Source: Candidatus Methylomirabilia bacterium
GTDB lineage: Bacteria; Methylomirabilota; Methylomirabilia; Rokubacteriales; CSP1-6
DNA: 27,739 nt
NCBI GenBank assembly: GCA_041492755.1
Contig: JBGPXN010000051.1
Location: 1-27,739 of the forward strand
Direction of reading: 5' to 3'
The translations under genes were made by a program, and so were the position numbers. Positions within the stretch are counted from its first letter, which is position 1. Every line of letters starts with the position of its first letter. The notes under the pieces were generated by a model. It was not told the DNA's origin. It made no database searches and saw only the letters and a list, made by a program, of their open reading frames with translations. Positions 17,245-27,463 of the stretch are shown one piece after another.

Positions 17245-19924
17245 CCGGGGTCACGACCGCCGGCGGCGCGCCCGTGATCGGCAGCGTGAAGAGGAACGCG
17301 ACTCCACCCTCGGGTAGGTTCTGCGCCCAGATCCGGCCGCCGTGGGCACGGACGATGGCCTGGCAGATAGCCAGACCGAGCCCGGCGCCCCGGCCGTCCG
17401 CGGGACGGACGCGGTAGAACTTCTCGAAGACCTTGGCCTCCGTACCGGGAGGCAGGCCGGGGCCGCGGTCGGCGATCTCCACGGTGACCGCCTGATCCGA
17501 GGCCGTGGCCATGATGTCGATCGGACTGCCGGGCGGGGTGTACTTCAGGACGTTGTCCAGCAGGTTGACCAGCACCTGCTCGATCAGCACGTCGTCCATG
17601 GCGACCAGCGGCAAGTCGGGCGGGATTCGCGTGGTCACCCGGCGGCCGGCGAACCGCGTTCCGAAGCGATTCAGCGCCGCGCCGACCACCTCCTCGACCG
17701 AGTGCCACTCCGTCCGGAGCTGCACCGCGCCCGATTCGAGCCGCGTCATATCGAGCAGGTTTTGCACGAGGCGGTTCAGCCGCTCGGCCTCGTCGCGCGC
17801 GGACTCCAGCAGCTCCTGCCGGGTCCGCTCGTCAAGCCGCGGCCCCTGTTCGAGGATCGTGCTGACGGCTCCGGTGATGGTGGCCAGCGGCGTGCGGAGG
17901 TCGTGCGACACCGAGCTGAGCAGCGAGCTTCGCAGCCGTTCCGTCTCGACGCGAACCTCGGCGGAATGCGCCTCGTCCGCGAGGTGGGCTCGCTCGATCG
18001 CGAGGGCGGTCTGGTTCGCGAACGTCTCGAGCTGGTGGAGCTGTTCGGGCGCGTCGAGGGCATGGGGATCGGCGGGGCGGATGCCGAGAACGCCGACCGG
18101 CCCCCGGGACGCCCCCAGTGGCAGGTACAGCGCAGAGGCGCCGGGCAGCGTCGCCGTGCCGAGCCCGGCCGGCTGTCCGTGGTCGAAGACCCAGCGTGCG
18201 ACCGCCAGCTCGGCGCTCTCCACGGCGAGTGCGCCGGAGGAGGAGCCACCCCGCAGCGTGAGGCGTCCCCCCGGATCGGGCAGGAGCACCACGATTTCCC
18301 CTCGGAAGACCTCGGCGATGTGTCGCACCGCGGTCGTCAGCAGCGGCTCGACGCCGCGGGTGCTCGCCAGCTCCCGGCTCATCGCGTAGAGCGCTGCCGT
18401 GCGCTGCTCGCGCTCACGCGCGGCCTCCGCCTGGGTGCGCAGGCGGATGGTGAGACCGCTGATCACGAGCGCGACTACCAGCATGACGAGGAAGGTCACG
18501 AGGTACTGGCTGTCCGAGACGGCGAAGGTGAACATCGGCGGGACGAAGAAGAAGTCGAAGGCGGCGACGCTCAGGATCGACGCGAACAGGGACGGGCCCT
18601 GCCCGTGGCGGGTGGCCACCAGGACGACGCCGAGCAAATACGTCATGATGAGGTTCGCCAGCTCGAAGACCGGGAACATCGCCCACGCCACGACGGTGGC
18701 CACGGTTACGACGACCGAGGCCTCGACATAGCCGCGCCAGTCGGGCTCGGGCCGGCGCCGGCGGACCGGCGCCGGCGGCGCCGCCTCGTGCTCGCTGCTC
18801 ACGACGAACACGTCGATGTCGCCGCTGCCCTCGACCAGGGCATCGACGATCGAGCCGACGAGGATCCGTTTCCACAGCGGGCGGCTCGGCTTACCGACCA
18901 GGATCTTCGTGACGTTGCGATCGTGGGCGTAGGCGAGGATCGCCTCGCTCATCGTCTGCCCGGTGAGCGTGACCGTCGTGCCCCCGAGCTGCTCGGCCAG
19001 CCGGAGGTTCTGCACGACGCGGTCACGGGCCTCCACCGGCGAGCGGAGGCTGGCCGGCGTCTCGACGTAGGCCACGATCCACTCGGCGTCGAGCCGCTCG
19101 GCCAGCCGTTTGGCCGCGCGGATCACGCGCGCCGAGTACGGGCTCGGCCCGACACAAACCAGCAGGCGCTCCGCGGTCGGCCAGATCTCCTCGATCGCGT
19201 GCTCGCGGCGGTAGACGCGCATCTGCTCGTCCACGCGTTGCGCCGTCGACCGCAGCGCGAGCTCGCGGAGGGCGATCAGGTTGCCCTTGCGAAAGAAGTT
19301 GCGGATGGCCTCCTGCGCCTGATCGGGGACGTAGACCTTGCCCTCCTTGAGCCGCTGGAGCAGGTCGTCGGGTGGCAGGTCGATCAGCTCGACCTCGTCG
19401 GCTCGCTCGAGCACGGAGTCGGGGACCGTCTCGCGGACCACGATGCCGGTGATCTTGGCGACGACGTCGTTGAGGCTGTCGACGTGCTGGACGTTCACCG
19501 TCGTGTCGACGTTGATGCCGGCGTCGAGCAGCTCGACCACGTCCTGCCAGCGCTTGGCGTGCCGGGAGCCCGGGGCGTTGGTGTGGGCCAGCTCGTCGAC
19601 GAGGATCAGCGTGGGACGCCGAGTGAGCGCGGCGTCGAGGTCGAGCTCACGCAGGGTGGCCCCGCGATATTCCACGAGACGCGGCGGAAGGATCTCCAGG
19701 CCCTGGACGAGCGCATCGGTCTCGGCCCGCCCGTGCGTCTGCACGAATCCGGCGACGACGTCGACGCCGTTGGCGCGCTGCTCGTGGGCCGCCCGCAGCA
19801 TCGCGTAGGTTTTTCCGACGCCGGCGGTGGCGCCGAAGAAGACCTTCAGCTTGCCGCGGCGCTGGCGCGCTTCTTCCTCCTGGACCCGCGCCAGGAGCGC
19901 ATCGGGATCCGGCCGTGTGCTCAC
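17237..19924 (-). CDS. kdpD: KdpD sensor histidine kinase, copy 1 (divergent from kdpFABC)
   Basis: RGKLKVFFGATAGVGKT, LVDELAHTN, KRWQDV, Usp domain, 4 TM (AFDFFFVPP), GAF, SHDLRTPL, GAGLGLAI. Confidence 0.96.
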   Translation of the reverse strand: MSTRPDPDALLARVQEEEARQRRGKLKVFFGATAGVGKTYAMLRAAHEQRANGVDVVAGFVQTHGRAETDALVQGLEILPPRLVEYRGATLRELDLDAALTRRPTLILVDELAHTNAPGSRHAKRWQDVVELLDAGINVDTTVNVQHVDSLNDVVAKITGIVVRETVPDSVLERADEVELIDLPPDDLLQRLKEGKVYVPDQAQEAIRNFFRKGNLIALRELALRSTAQRVDEQMRVYRREHAIEEIWPTAERLLVCVGPSPYSARVIRAAKRLAERLDAEWIVAYVETPASLRSPVEARDRVVQNLRLAEQLGGTTVTLTGQTMSEAILAYAHDRNVTKILVGKPSRPLWKRILVGSIVDALVEGSGDIDVFVVSSEHEAAPPAPVRRRRPEPDWRGYVEASVVVTVATVVAWAMFPVFELANLIMTYLLGVVLVATRHGQGPSLFASILSVAAFDFFFVPPMFTFAVSDSQYLVTFLVMLVVALVISGLTIRLRTQAEAAREREQRTAALYAMSRELASTRGVEPLLTTAVRHIAEVFRGEIVVLLPDPGGRLTLRGGSSSGALAVESAELAVARWVFDHGQPAGLGTATLPGASALYLPLGASRGPVGVLGIRPADPHALDAPEQLHQLETFANQTALAIERAHLADEAHSAEVRVETERLRSSLLSSVSHDLRTPLATITGAVSTILEQGPRLDERTRQELLESARDEAERLNRLVQNLLDMTRLESGAVQLRTEWHSVEEVVGAALNRFGTRFAGRRVTTRIPPDLPLVAMDDVLIEQVLVNLLDNVLKYTPPGSPIDIMATASDQAVTVEIADRGPGLPPGTEAKVFEKFYRVRPADGRGAGLGLAICQAIVRAHGGRIWAQNLPEGGVAFLFTLPITGAPPAVVTPDG

Positions 19925-19937
19925 GGCCCATAGTGTA
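19925..19937 (-). promoter_or_regulatory. -10 element of a probable leaderless kdpD promoter
   Basis: TACACT (19937-19932) lies 7 nt before the GTG start at 19924, with no Shine-Dalgarno sequence. Confidence 0.5.
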
Positions 19938-20042
19938 GCGTCTGCCGACGGCGGGATTACGGTGTCGGGGTCGGGTAGCCCGGGGAGCCGGTACGAGGCT
20001 CCGGCGCACTCGTTGACGGGCCTTTTCCAGGGGCGATGCTGA

Positions 20043-20078
20043 TCTTAACGGCTTCTTGACAGAGGTAGCGGCTATCTT
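20043..20078 (+). promoter_or_regulatory. Putative KdpE-binding direct repeat and -10 of the kdpFABC promoter
   Basis: TCTTAAC (20043-20049) and TCTTGAC (20054-20060) have an 11-bp period, as for OmpR/PhoB-family boxes; TATCTT at 20073-20078. Confidence 0.55.
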
Positions 20079-20098
20079 TCGAACCGGAGGGCGCACCC

Positions 20099-20182
20099 AT
20101 GATGGATGTGCTGTACGTCGGGCTGAGTGTCGGATTCTTCGGGCTTACGTGGGCGCTCGTCAAGCTCTGTGAGCGCGTGTAG
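20099..20182 (+). CDS. 27-aa hydrophobic peptide upstream of kdpF ([27 protein letters not shown])
   Basis: GGAGG at 20086-20090; single TM-length hydrophobic segment; its TAG overlaps the AGGAGG RBS of kdpF. Not in the ORF track. Confidence 0.75.
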   Translation: MMDVLYVGLSVGFFGLTWALVKLCERV

Positions 20183-20191
20183 GAGGTGTCG

Positions 20192-20284
20192 ATGCCCTTC
20201 CTCTATATCGTCGGCGGTGTGGTGTCCGTGGGGCTGCTGATCTACCTGGTGCTGGCGCTGCTCAAGCCGGAGCTCTTCGCATGA
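20192..20284 (+). CDS. kdpF: K+-transporting ATPase subunit F ([30 protein letters not shown])
   Basis: AGGAGG RBS, YLxxALLxPExF KdpF motif, ATGA overlap with the kdpA start. Not in the ORF track. Confidence 0.92.
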   Translation: MPFLYIVGGVVSVGLLIYLVLALLKPELFA

Positions 20285-22086
20285 CTGCCAACGGGATCCT
20301 CCAGCTCGCTCTGTACGTGGTGGTGCTGCTGGCCCTGGCCAAGCCGCTCGGGGCCTACATGGCCCGGGTCTACGAGGGCCGGCCGCTGGCGCTGGGCACG
20401 GCGCTGGGCTGGCTCGAGCGCCTGATCTATCGGATGGCCGGGGTGCGGCCCAGTGAAGAGATGGGCTGGAAGACCTATGCCGCGGCGATGCTGCTCTTCA
20501 ACTTTGCCGGCCTGCTGGCGGTCTACGCGCTCCAGCGCCTGCAGGGCATCCTGCCCCTGAACCCTATGGGCCTGGCCGCGGTCTCGCCGGATTCCGCGTT
20601 CAACACCGCGGTCAGCTTCGCCACCAACACCAACTGGCAGGGCTACGGCGGCGAGACCACCATGAGCTACCTCACGCAGATGCTCGGTCTCACCGTCCAG
20701 AACTTCGTGTCGGCGGCGGCGGGCATGGCGACGCTCGCCGCGTTCATCCGGGGCTTCGCGCGGCGCTCCGCCCAGACGATCGGCAATTTCTGGGTCGACC
20801 TGACGCGCACCACGCTCTACATCTTGCTGCCCCTGTCGCTGATGGTCGCGCTGATCCTGGTCTCCCAGGGCGTTGTCCAAACGTTCACGCCGTACGCGAC
20901 GGTCGCTGTCGTGCAGCCGACGGAGTACGACGAGCCGCTCACCGACAAGGACGGCAAGCCCGTCCTCGACGACAAGGGCCAGCCGAAGACCAAGAAGTCG
21001 AAGCTGACCGAGCAAGTCATCGCCGTCGGCCCGGCCGCGTCGCAGATCGCCATCAAGCAGCTCGGGACGAACGGCGGCGGGTTCTTCAACGTGAACTCGG
21101 CCCACCCGCTGGAGAACGCGACGCCGCTGTCGAACTTCGTCGAGTTGCTGTCCATCCTCCTGATCAGCGCCGCGCTCTGCCACACGTTCGGCGTCATGGT
21201 CGGCGACACCCGCCAGGGCCGGGCCGTGCTGGGGGCGATGACGGTGATGTTCGTGGGGCTGCTCCTCGTGTGCGTGGTGGCCGAGCAGAACGGCCACACC
21301 CTGGTGAAGCAGGGGGTGGACCACACCGCCAGCGCCCTGCAGTCCGGCGGCAACATGGAAGGCAAGGACGTGCGGTTCGGCATCGTCAACTCAGCGCTGT
21401 GGGCGACGGCGACGACGTCGGCGTCGAACGGGTCGGTCAACGCGATGCACGACTCGTTCACGCCGATCGGCGGGCTGGTGCCGATGTGGCTGATGCAACT
21501 CGGCGAGGTCGTCTACGGCGGCGTCGGGTCCGGACTCTACGGGATGCTCGTCTTCGCCATCATCGCGGTCTTCGTGGCCGGCCTGATGGTCGGGCGCGCG
21601 CCCGAGTACCTGGGCAAGAAGATCGAAGCCTACGAGATGAAGATGGCGTCGCTGGTGATCCTGATCCCGCCCGCCGTCGTCCTCATCGGCACGGCCGTCG
21701 CGGTGCTCGCCCCCGGCGGCAAGGCCACCGTCTTGAACCCGGGCGCCCACGGGTTCAGCGAGGTCCTGTACGCGTTCTCGTCCGCCGGCAACAACAACGG
21801 CAGCGCCTTCGCGGGCCTCGGCGCCAACACGCCCTTCTACAACACCGCGCTCGGGTTCGCGATGCTGTTTGCGCGCTACTGGCTCGCCGTCCCGACGCTG
21901 GCGATTGCCGGCGCGCTGGCGCGGAAGAAGACCGTACCCACGGGCCCCGGCACGCTGCCGACGCACACGCCGCTGTTCGTGGGGCTCCTTGTCGGTGTGG
22001 TGCTCCTGGTCGGCGCGCTGACCTTCGTCCCGGCGCTGGCCCTCGGGCCGATCGTCGAACATCTCACGCTGATCGCCGCGAAGTGA
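20281..22086 (+). CDS. kdpA: K+-transporting ATPase subunit A
   Basis: [54 protein letters not shown]. Confidence 0.98.
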   Translation: MTANGILQLALYVVVLLALAKPLGAYMARVYEGRPLALGTALGWLERLIYRMAGVRPSEEMGWKTYAAAMLLFNFAGLLAVYALQRLQGILPLNPMGLAAVSPDSAFNTAVSFATNTNWQGYGGETTMSYLTQMLGLTVQNFVSAAAGMATLAAFIRGFARRSAQTIGNFWVDLTRTTLYILLPLSLMVALILVSQGVVQTFTPYATVAVVQPTEYDEPLTDKDGKPVLDDKGQPKTKKSKLTEQVIAVGPAASQIAIKQLGTNGGGFFNVNSAHPLENATPLSNFVELLSILLISAALCHTFGVMVGDTRQGRAVLGAMTVMFVGLLLVCVVAEQNGHTLVKQGVDHTASALQSGGNMEGKDVRFGIVNSALWATATTSASNGSVNAMHDSFTPIGGLVPMWLMQLGEVVYGGVGSGLYGMLVFAIIAVFVAGLMVGRAPEYLGKKIEAYEMKMASLVILIPPAVVLIGTAVAVLAPGGKATVLNPGAHGFSEVLYAFSSAGNNNGSAFAGLGANTPFYNTALGFAMLFARYWLAVPTLAIAGALARKKTVPTGPGTLPTHTPLFVGLLVGVVLLVGALTFVPALALGPIVEHLTLIAAK

Positions 22087-22098
22087 GGAACTGAACCC

Positions 22099-24171
22099 AT
22101 GGCCACCAACGCACGGTCGCGCTCGATGTTCGACGCCGCCATCATCCGGCAGGCGATGATCGACGCCTTCCGCAAGCTGACGCCCCGGCGCCAGGTGCGG
22201 AACCCCGTCATGTTCGTCGTGTACGTGGGTTCCATCCTGACCACGCTCCTGTGGCTGCAGGCGATCGCGGGCAAGGGCGAAGCGCCGGCGTGGTTCATCT
22301 TCTGGGTCTCGGTTTGGCTCTGGTTCACGGTGCTCTTCGCCAACTTCGCCGAGGCGATGGCGGAGGGACGGGGCAAGGCCCAGGCGGCGTCGCTGCGCAA
22401 GGCGCGGCGCGATCTGCAGGCCAAGCGCCTGGCCCGGCCTGATCGCGGTACGCCGTACGAGCTCGTGCCGGCATCTAGCCTCCGCAAGGGCGACATCGTG
22501 CTCGTGGAAGCGGGCGACTTCATCCCCGTCGACGGCACGGTGATCGAGGGCGTGGCCTCCGTGAACGAGGCGGCGATCACCGGCGAGAGCGCCCCGGTGA
22601 TCCGGGAGAGTGGCGGCGACCGCAGCTCCGTCACCGGGGGCACGCAGGTCCTGTCCGACTGGCTCGTCGTCGAGGTCACGGCCAATCCGGGCGAGGCGTT
22701 CCTCGACCGCATGATCTCGCTGGTGGAGGGCGCCAAGCGGCAGAAGACCCCGAACGAGATCGCGCTCGACATCCTGCTGGCCGCGATGACCATCATCTTC
22801 CTGCTGGCCACGGCCACGCTGCTGCCGTTCTCGCTCTACAGCGTGGGGGCAGCCCGGCCAGCCACGCCGGTGACGGTGACCGTGCTGGTCGCTCTGCTCG
22901 TATGCCTCATCCCCACCACGATCGGCGCGCTGCTCTCCGCGATCGGCATCGCCGGCATGGACCGGATGATCCAGAAGAACGTCATCGCCATGTCGGGCCG
23001 CGCGGTGGAGGCCGCGGGCGACGTCGACGTCCTGCTGCTCGACAAGACGGGCACGATCACGCTCGGCAACCGCCAGGCGACCGCGTTCTTCCCGGCCGAG
23101 GGCGTCAGCGAGGCCGCCCTGGCCGACGCGGCCCAACTCGCCTCCCTGGCCGACGAGACGCCCGAGGGCCGGAGCATCGTCGTCCTCGCCAAGGAGAAGT
23201 ACCAGCTCCGCGAGCGCGACGTGCATAAGCTGGGCGCGACATTCGTGCCGTTCACCGCCCAGACCCGCATGAGCGGGGTCAACCTGAACGGCCGCCAGAT
23301 CCGCAAGGGCGCGGCCGAGGCGATCGACGCCCACGTCCAGCGCCTGGGCGGCACCATCCCCGCGGATCTCCGCAGCATGGTGGACAAGATCGCCAAGCAG
23401 GGCGCCACGCCGCTCGTTGTGTCCGACGGGCCGAAGGTGCTCGGCGTGATCCAGCTCAAGGACATCGTCAAGGGCGGCATCAAGGAGCGGTTCGGCGAGC
23501 TGCGGCGCTCCGGCATCAGGACCGTCATGATCACGGGCGACAATCCGCTCACCGCCGCCGCCATCGCCGCCGAGGCCGGGGTCGACGATTTTCTCGCCGA
23601 GGCCACCCCCGAGCGCAAGCTGCAACTGATCCGTGAGATTCAGGCGGAGGGCCGCCTCGTGGCCATGACCGGCGACGGCACCAACGACGCCCCGGCGCTC
23701 GCGCAGGCCGACGTGGCCGTCGCGATGAACACCGGAACGCAGGCCGCCAAAGAGGCCGGCAACATGGTGGACCTCGACTCGAATCCTACCAAGCTCATGG
23801 AAGTGGTTCAGATCGGCAAGCAGATGCTGATGACGCGCGGCGCGCTCACGACTTTCAGTACCGCCAATGACGTCGCCAAGTATTTCGCCATCATTCCGGC
23901 GGCTTTCGCCAGCACGTATCCGGCGCTCGGCGCGCTGAACATTATGCGCCTTGCGACGCCCGCTAGCGCCGTACTCTCGGCCGTAATCTTCAACGCGCTG
24001 ATCATCGTGGCCCTGATCCCGCTCGCGCTCAAAGGCATCCGGTATCGTCCGATCGGGGCCGCGGAGCTGTTGCGGCGGCACCTGCTGATCTACGGCGTGG
24101 GGGGTCTGGTCGCGCCCTTCGTGGGAATCAAGCTGATCGACGTCGCCCTGGTGGCGCTGGGTATGGTTTGA
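22099..24171 (+). CDS. kdpB: K+-transporting ATPase subunit B (P1A ATPase)
   Basis: [47 protein letters not shown]. Confidence 0.98.
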   Translation: MATNARSRSMFDAAIIRQAMIDAFRKLTPRRQVRNPVMFVVYVGSILTTLLWLQAIAGKGEAPAWFIFWVSVWLWFTVLFANFAEAMAEGRGKAQAASLRKARRDLQAKRLARPDRGTPYELVPASSLRKGDIVLVEAGDFIPVDGTVIEGVASVNEAAITGESAPVIRESGGDRSSVTGGTQVLSDWLVVEVTANPGEAFLDRMISLVEGAKRQKTPNEIALDILLAAMTIIFLLATATLLPFSLYSVGAARPATPVTVTVLVALLVCLIPTTIGALLSAIGIAGMDRMIQKNVIAMSGRAVEAAGDVDVLLLDKTGTITLGNRQATAFFPAEGVSEAALADAAQLASLADETPEGRSIVVLAKEKYQLRERDVHKLGATFVPFTAQTRMSGVNLNGRQIRKGAAEAIDAHVQRLGGTIPADLRSMVDKIAKQGATPLVVSDGPKVLGVIQLKDIVKGGIKERFGELRRSGIRTVMITGDNPLTAAAIAAEAGVDDFLAEATPERKLQLIREIQAEGRLVAMTGDGTNDAPALAQADVAVAMNTGTQAAKEAGNMVDLDSNPTKLMEVVQIGKQMLMTRGALTTFSTANDVAKYFAIIPAAFASTYPALGALNIMRLATPASAVLSAVIFNALIIVALIPLALKGIRYRPIGAAELLRRHLLIYGVGGLVAPFVGIKLIDVALVALGMV

Positions 24172-24182
24172 GGAGTCATGAC

Positions 24183-24767
24183 ATGTTCGCGCAATTGAGA
24201 GCTGCGCTTCTTTCGCTCTTCGCCTTTACCTTGCTGACCGGTGTGCTCTACCCGCTGGTCGTCACCGGGCTCGCGCAGCTCCTTTTCCCGCGCCAGGCCA
24301 ATGGCAGCCTCGTCGAGGCGGCCGGCCGGGTCGCCGGCTCGGAGCTGATCGGCCAAAACTTTTCCGCTCCCCGCTATTTCTGGGGACGGATCTCAGCGAC
24401 GACACCTTTCCCCTACAATTCGGCTGCTTCCACCGGGTCTAACTACGGGCCTTTCCATCCCGATTTGCGAAAAGCGCTGGACGCCCGGCTGGCCACCCTG
24501 CGGGCGGCCGACCCGGAAAACCACCAGCCGGTTCCCGTAGACCTCCTCACCTCCTCCGCGAGCGGCCTCGATCCCCACCTCAGTCCGGCCGGCGCCCGGT
24601 ATCAAGCTCCGCGAGTGGCGCGCGCCCGTGGGCTTAAGATAGAGGTGGTGCTCGATCTGGTGGAACGGCACACCCGGCCGCGGCAGTGGAGCCTCCTGGG
24701 CGAACCCGTGGTAAACGTTCTGGATCTGAACCTGGCGCTCGATCGAGAGACCCCTGATGCGCGCTGA
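24183..24767 (+). CDS. kdpC: K+-transporting ATPase subunit C
   Basis: [64 protein letters not shown]. Confidence 0.96.
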   Translation: MFAQLRAALLSLFAFTLLTGVLYPLVVTGLAQLLFPRQANGSLVEAAGRVAGSELIGQNFSAPRYFWGRISATTPFPYNSAASTGSNYGPFHPDLRKALDARLATLRAADPENHQPVPVDLLTSSASGLDPHLSPAGARYQAPRVARARGLKIEVVLDLVERHTRPRQWSLLGEPVVNVLDLNLALDRETPDAR

Positions 24768-27463
24768 TGAGCCGTCCTGATCCGGACCGGTTGCTGGCCC
24801 GCGTCGCCGAGCAGGAGAGTCGCGCCCGGCGAGGCCGGCTGAAGGTCTTCTTCGGCGCCGCGGCCGGCGTGGGCAAGACCTACGCCATGCTGGAGGCCGC
24901 CCGCTTGAAGAAGCGGGACGGCATCGACGTAGTGGTGGGCTACGTCGAGACCCACCGCCGGTCCGAGACCGAGGCCTTGCTCGAAGGCCTCGAAAGCCTC
25001 CCCCGCCGCAAGACCGACTACCGCGGCACTGTTCTTGAAGAGTTCGACCTCGATGCGGCGCTCGCGCGGCGGCCGGCGCTGATCCTGGTGGACGAGCTGG
25101 CCCATACCAACGCGGCGGGCTCGCGCCACACCAAACGCTGGCAGGACGGGCTCGAGCTGGTGCAGGCCGGCCTCGAGGTCTACACCACCCTCAACGTCCA
25201 GCACCTCGAAAGCCTCACCGACGTGGTCGCCCGCATCACCGGCATTCAGGTGCATGAGACGGTTCCCGACTCCGTTTTTGAACAAGCGGACGAAATCGAG
25301 CTGGTGGATCTGCCCGTGGCCGAATTGCTCAAGCGCCTGGAGGAAGGCAAGGTCTATCTCCCGCAGCAGGCGGGGCGCGCCCTCGAAAATTTCTTCCGCG
25401 AAGGCAACTTGATCGCGCTGCGCGAGATGGCCCTGCGCCGCACCGCCGACCGGGTGGACCTCCAGATGGAGGCCTATCGCCGCGACCGCTCTATCGAGGC
25501 CAATTGGCCGGTAACGGACCGCATCATGGTCTCGATCGGAGCGAGTCCGTTTTCGGCGCGCCTGCTGCGGGCAACCGCCCGCGCGGCGCGGCGCCTGCGC
25601 GCCCCCTGGGTGGCGGCCTTCGTCGAGACACCGGACTTCGCTCGCGCCTCCCAGGAAGTCCGCAGCCGGGTGCTTTCCGCCTTGCGCCTGGCCGAACGGC
25701 TCGGAGCCGAGACCGTGACGCTCACCGGCTCGCGCGTGAGCGAGGCGCTGCTCGACTACGCCAAGGCGCGCAACGTCACACGCCTCGTAATCGGCAAACC
25801 GACCGGACCGCTGTGGAAGCGCCTGTTAAGAGGCTCCATTCTCGACGAGCTGATCCAGGGCAGCGGTGATATCGATATCTACGCCATCAGCGGAGAACCA
25901 GGGCCGGAGGCCGCCCCCGCCTCCCCGGTCCGGACCACGTCGCCCGCCCTGCGCGGCTACTGGCACGCCCTGCTCGCGGTCGGCATCACCACGGTTCTTT
26001 CGCGGCTGCTGCTGCCGGTCCTGCAGCCGACCAACCTGGCCATGATCTACCTGCTGGGAGTCGTGCTGGTAGCCATGCAGGGAGCCCGCGGACCCGCCAT
26101 GCTGGCGGCGGTGTTGAGTGTCGCCGCGTTCGACTTTTTCTGCGTGCCGCCGTATCTTACCTTTGTCGTTGCGGATACCCAATACCTGCTGACCTTCGCC
26201 GTCATGTTTGGGGTGGCCATCGTGATCAGCACCCTGACCTTGAGCATCCGCCAGCAGGCGCGAGCGGCCGTGGAGCGCGCCCAGCGCACCGAAGCGCTTT
26301 ACCGCTTGAGCCACCAGATGGCCGGGAGCCTGGATGCGGGCGTACTGGTGGAGGTGATCACGGCGATCACCGCGGAGACCTTCCACGCCAAAGTGGCGGT
26401 GCTGTTGCCCAACGCTGACGGCGGGCTGGCGGGCGGGCGCGAGTGGAAGGAGAGCTCCCTGCTTGACGCTGCGGAGCAGGCCGTCGCCCGCTGGGTGCTC
26501 GACCACGGCCAGCCTGCCGGCCGCAGCACCCAGACGCTGCCGGGCGCTCGGGCGCTCTACCTGCCACTGACGGGCTCCCAGAAGACGGTCGGCGTGCTCG
26601 GCATTCTGCCGTCCGACTGGGAAATTGTCGAAAATCCGGAGCAGTTCCACCTGCTCGAGACGTTCGCTTCCCAGGCCGCCCTGGCGCTCGAGCGCGCGGA
26701 GATCGCCCGGCAAGCTCGTCAGGCCGAGATTCAGGCCGAAGCGGAGCGCATGCGAACCTCGCTGCTCAGCGCGGTCTCCCACGACCTGCGCACCCCGCTG
26801 GCCTCCATCACCGGGGCCGCCACCGGACTGCTCGCCCAGGCCGGCCGCCTCGACCAGGCCACCAGCCGCGAGCTACTCGAGACCATCTCCGACGAAGCCG
26901 ATCGCCTGAACCGCCTCGTGACCAACCTGCTCGAGATGACGCGCCTCGAATCGGGCGCCGTCGAGGTTCGCAAGGAGTGGCACCCGCTCGAAGAGATTCT
27001 CGGAGCGGCGTTGAAACGCACGGAGCGGCAGCTCGGAGATCGTCCCGTCCGCCTGGACCTGCCGGCCGATCTGCCCATGGTCGCCGTGGACGACGTGCTG
27101 CTCGAGCAGGCCTTCATCAACCTGCTGGACAACGCCGCTAAGTACACGCCGGCGGGGGCGGCGATCGAGATCCAGGCCCGGGCGGCCGGTGAGATGGTGG
27201 AGGTCCAGGTGCACGATAGCGGTCCCGGATTCCCGCCGGGCGCCGGGAAGCAGGTGTTCGACAAGTTCTATCGGGGCGCGGGAGAGGCGGCCCGCGGCGC
27301 CGGCCTGGGTCTGGCCATCGTCAAGGCCATCATCGACGTTCACGGCGGGCAGATCGAGGCCGTCAACCATCCGCAAGGCGGCGCGTGCCTGCGGTTCACC
27401 CTTCCCGCGGCCACGGGCGTTCCCTCCGCCGCGGCTCTGCGCGAGCAGGAACATGCCGGCTGA
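24767..27463 (+). CDS. kdpD: KdpD sensor histidine kinase, copy 2 (co-oriented with kdpFABC)
   Basis: TGATG overlap with kdpC. RGRLKVFFGAAAGVGKT, LVDELAHTN, AFDFFCVPP, SHDLRTPL, GAGLGLAI. Confidence 0.96.
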   Translation: MSRPDPDRLLARVAEQESRARRGRLKVFFGAAAGVGKTYAMLEAARLKKRDGIDVVVGYVETHRRSETEALLEGLESLPRRKTDYRGTVLEEFDLDAALARRPALILVDELAHTNAAGSRHTKRWQDGLELVQAGLEVYTTLNVQHLESLTDVVARITGIQVHETVPDSVFEQADEIELVDLPVAELLKRLEEGKVYLPQQAGRALENFFREGNLIALREMALRRTADRVDLQMEAYRRDRSIEANWPVTDRIMVSIGASPFSARLLRATARAARRLRAPWVAAFVETPDFARASQEVRSRVLSALRLAERLGAETVTLTGSRVSEALLDYAKARNVTRLVIGKPTGPLWKRLLRGSILDELIQGSGDIDIYAISGEPGPEAAPASPVRTTSPALRGYWHALLAVGITTVLSRLLLPVLQPTNLAMIYLLGVVLVAMQGARGPAMLAAVLSVAAFDFFCVPPYLTFVVADTQYLLTFAVMFGVAIVISTLTLSIRQQARAAVERAQRTEALYRLSHQMAGSLDAGVLVEVITAITAETFHAKVAVLLPNADGGLAGGREWKESSLLDAAEQAVARWVLDHGQPAGRSTQTLPGARALYLPLTGSQKTVGVLGILPSDWEIVENPEQFHLLETFASQAALALERAEIARQARQAEIQAEAERMRTSLLSAVSHDLRTPLASITGAATGLLAQAGRLDQATSRELLETISDEADRLNRLVTNLLEMTRLESGAVEVRKEWHPLEEILGAALKRTERQLGDRPVRLDLPADLPMVAVDDVLLEQAFINLLDNAAKYTPAGAAIEIQARAAGEMVEVQVHDSGPGFPPGAGKQVFDKFYRGAGEAARGAGLGLAIVKAIIDVHGGQIEAVNHPQGGACLRFTLPAATGVPSAAALREQEHAG

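Noticed and set aside
19925..20098. c-di-AMP (ydaO) riboswitch upstream of kdp
   Set aside because: The region is short and occupied by divergent promoters. Only a 6-bp hairpin (GGAGCC/GGCTCC, 19984-20002) is visible, with no recognisable riboswitch core.
20920..21010. Repeat-like charged insertion in KdpA ([15 protein letters not shown])
   Set aside because: It is an extracytoplasmic loop insertion of a kind I recall from many non-enteric KdpA proteins, so not novel.
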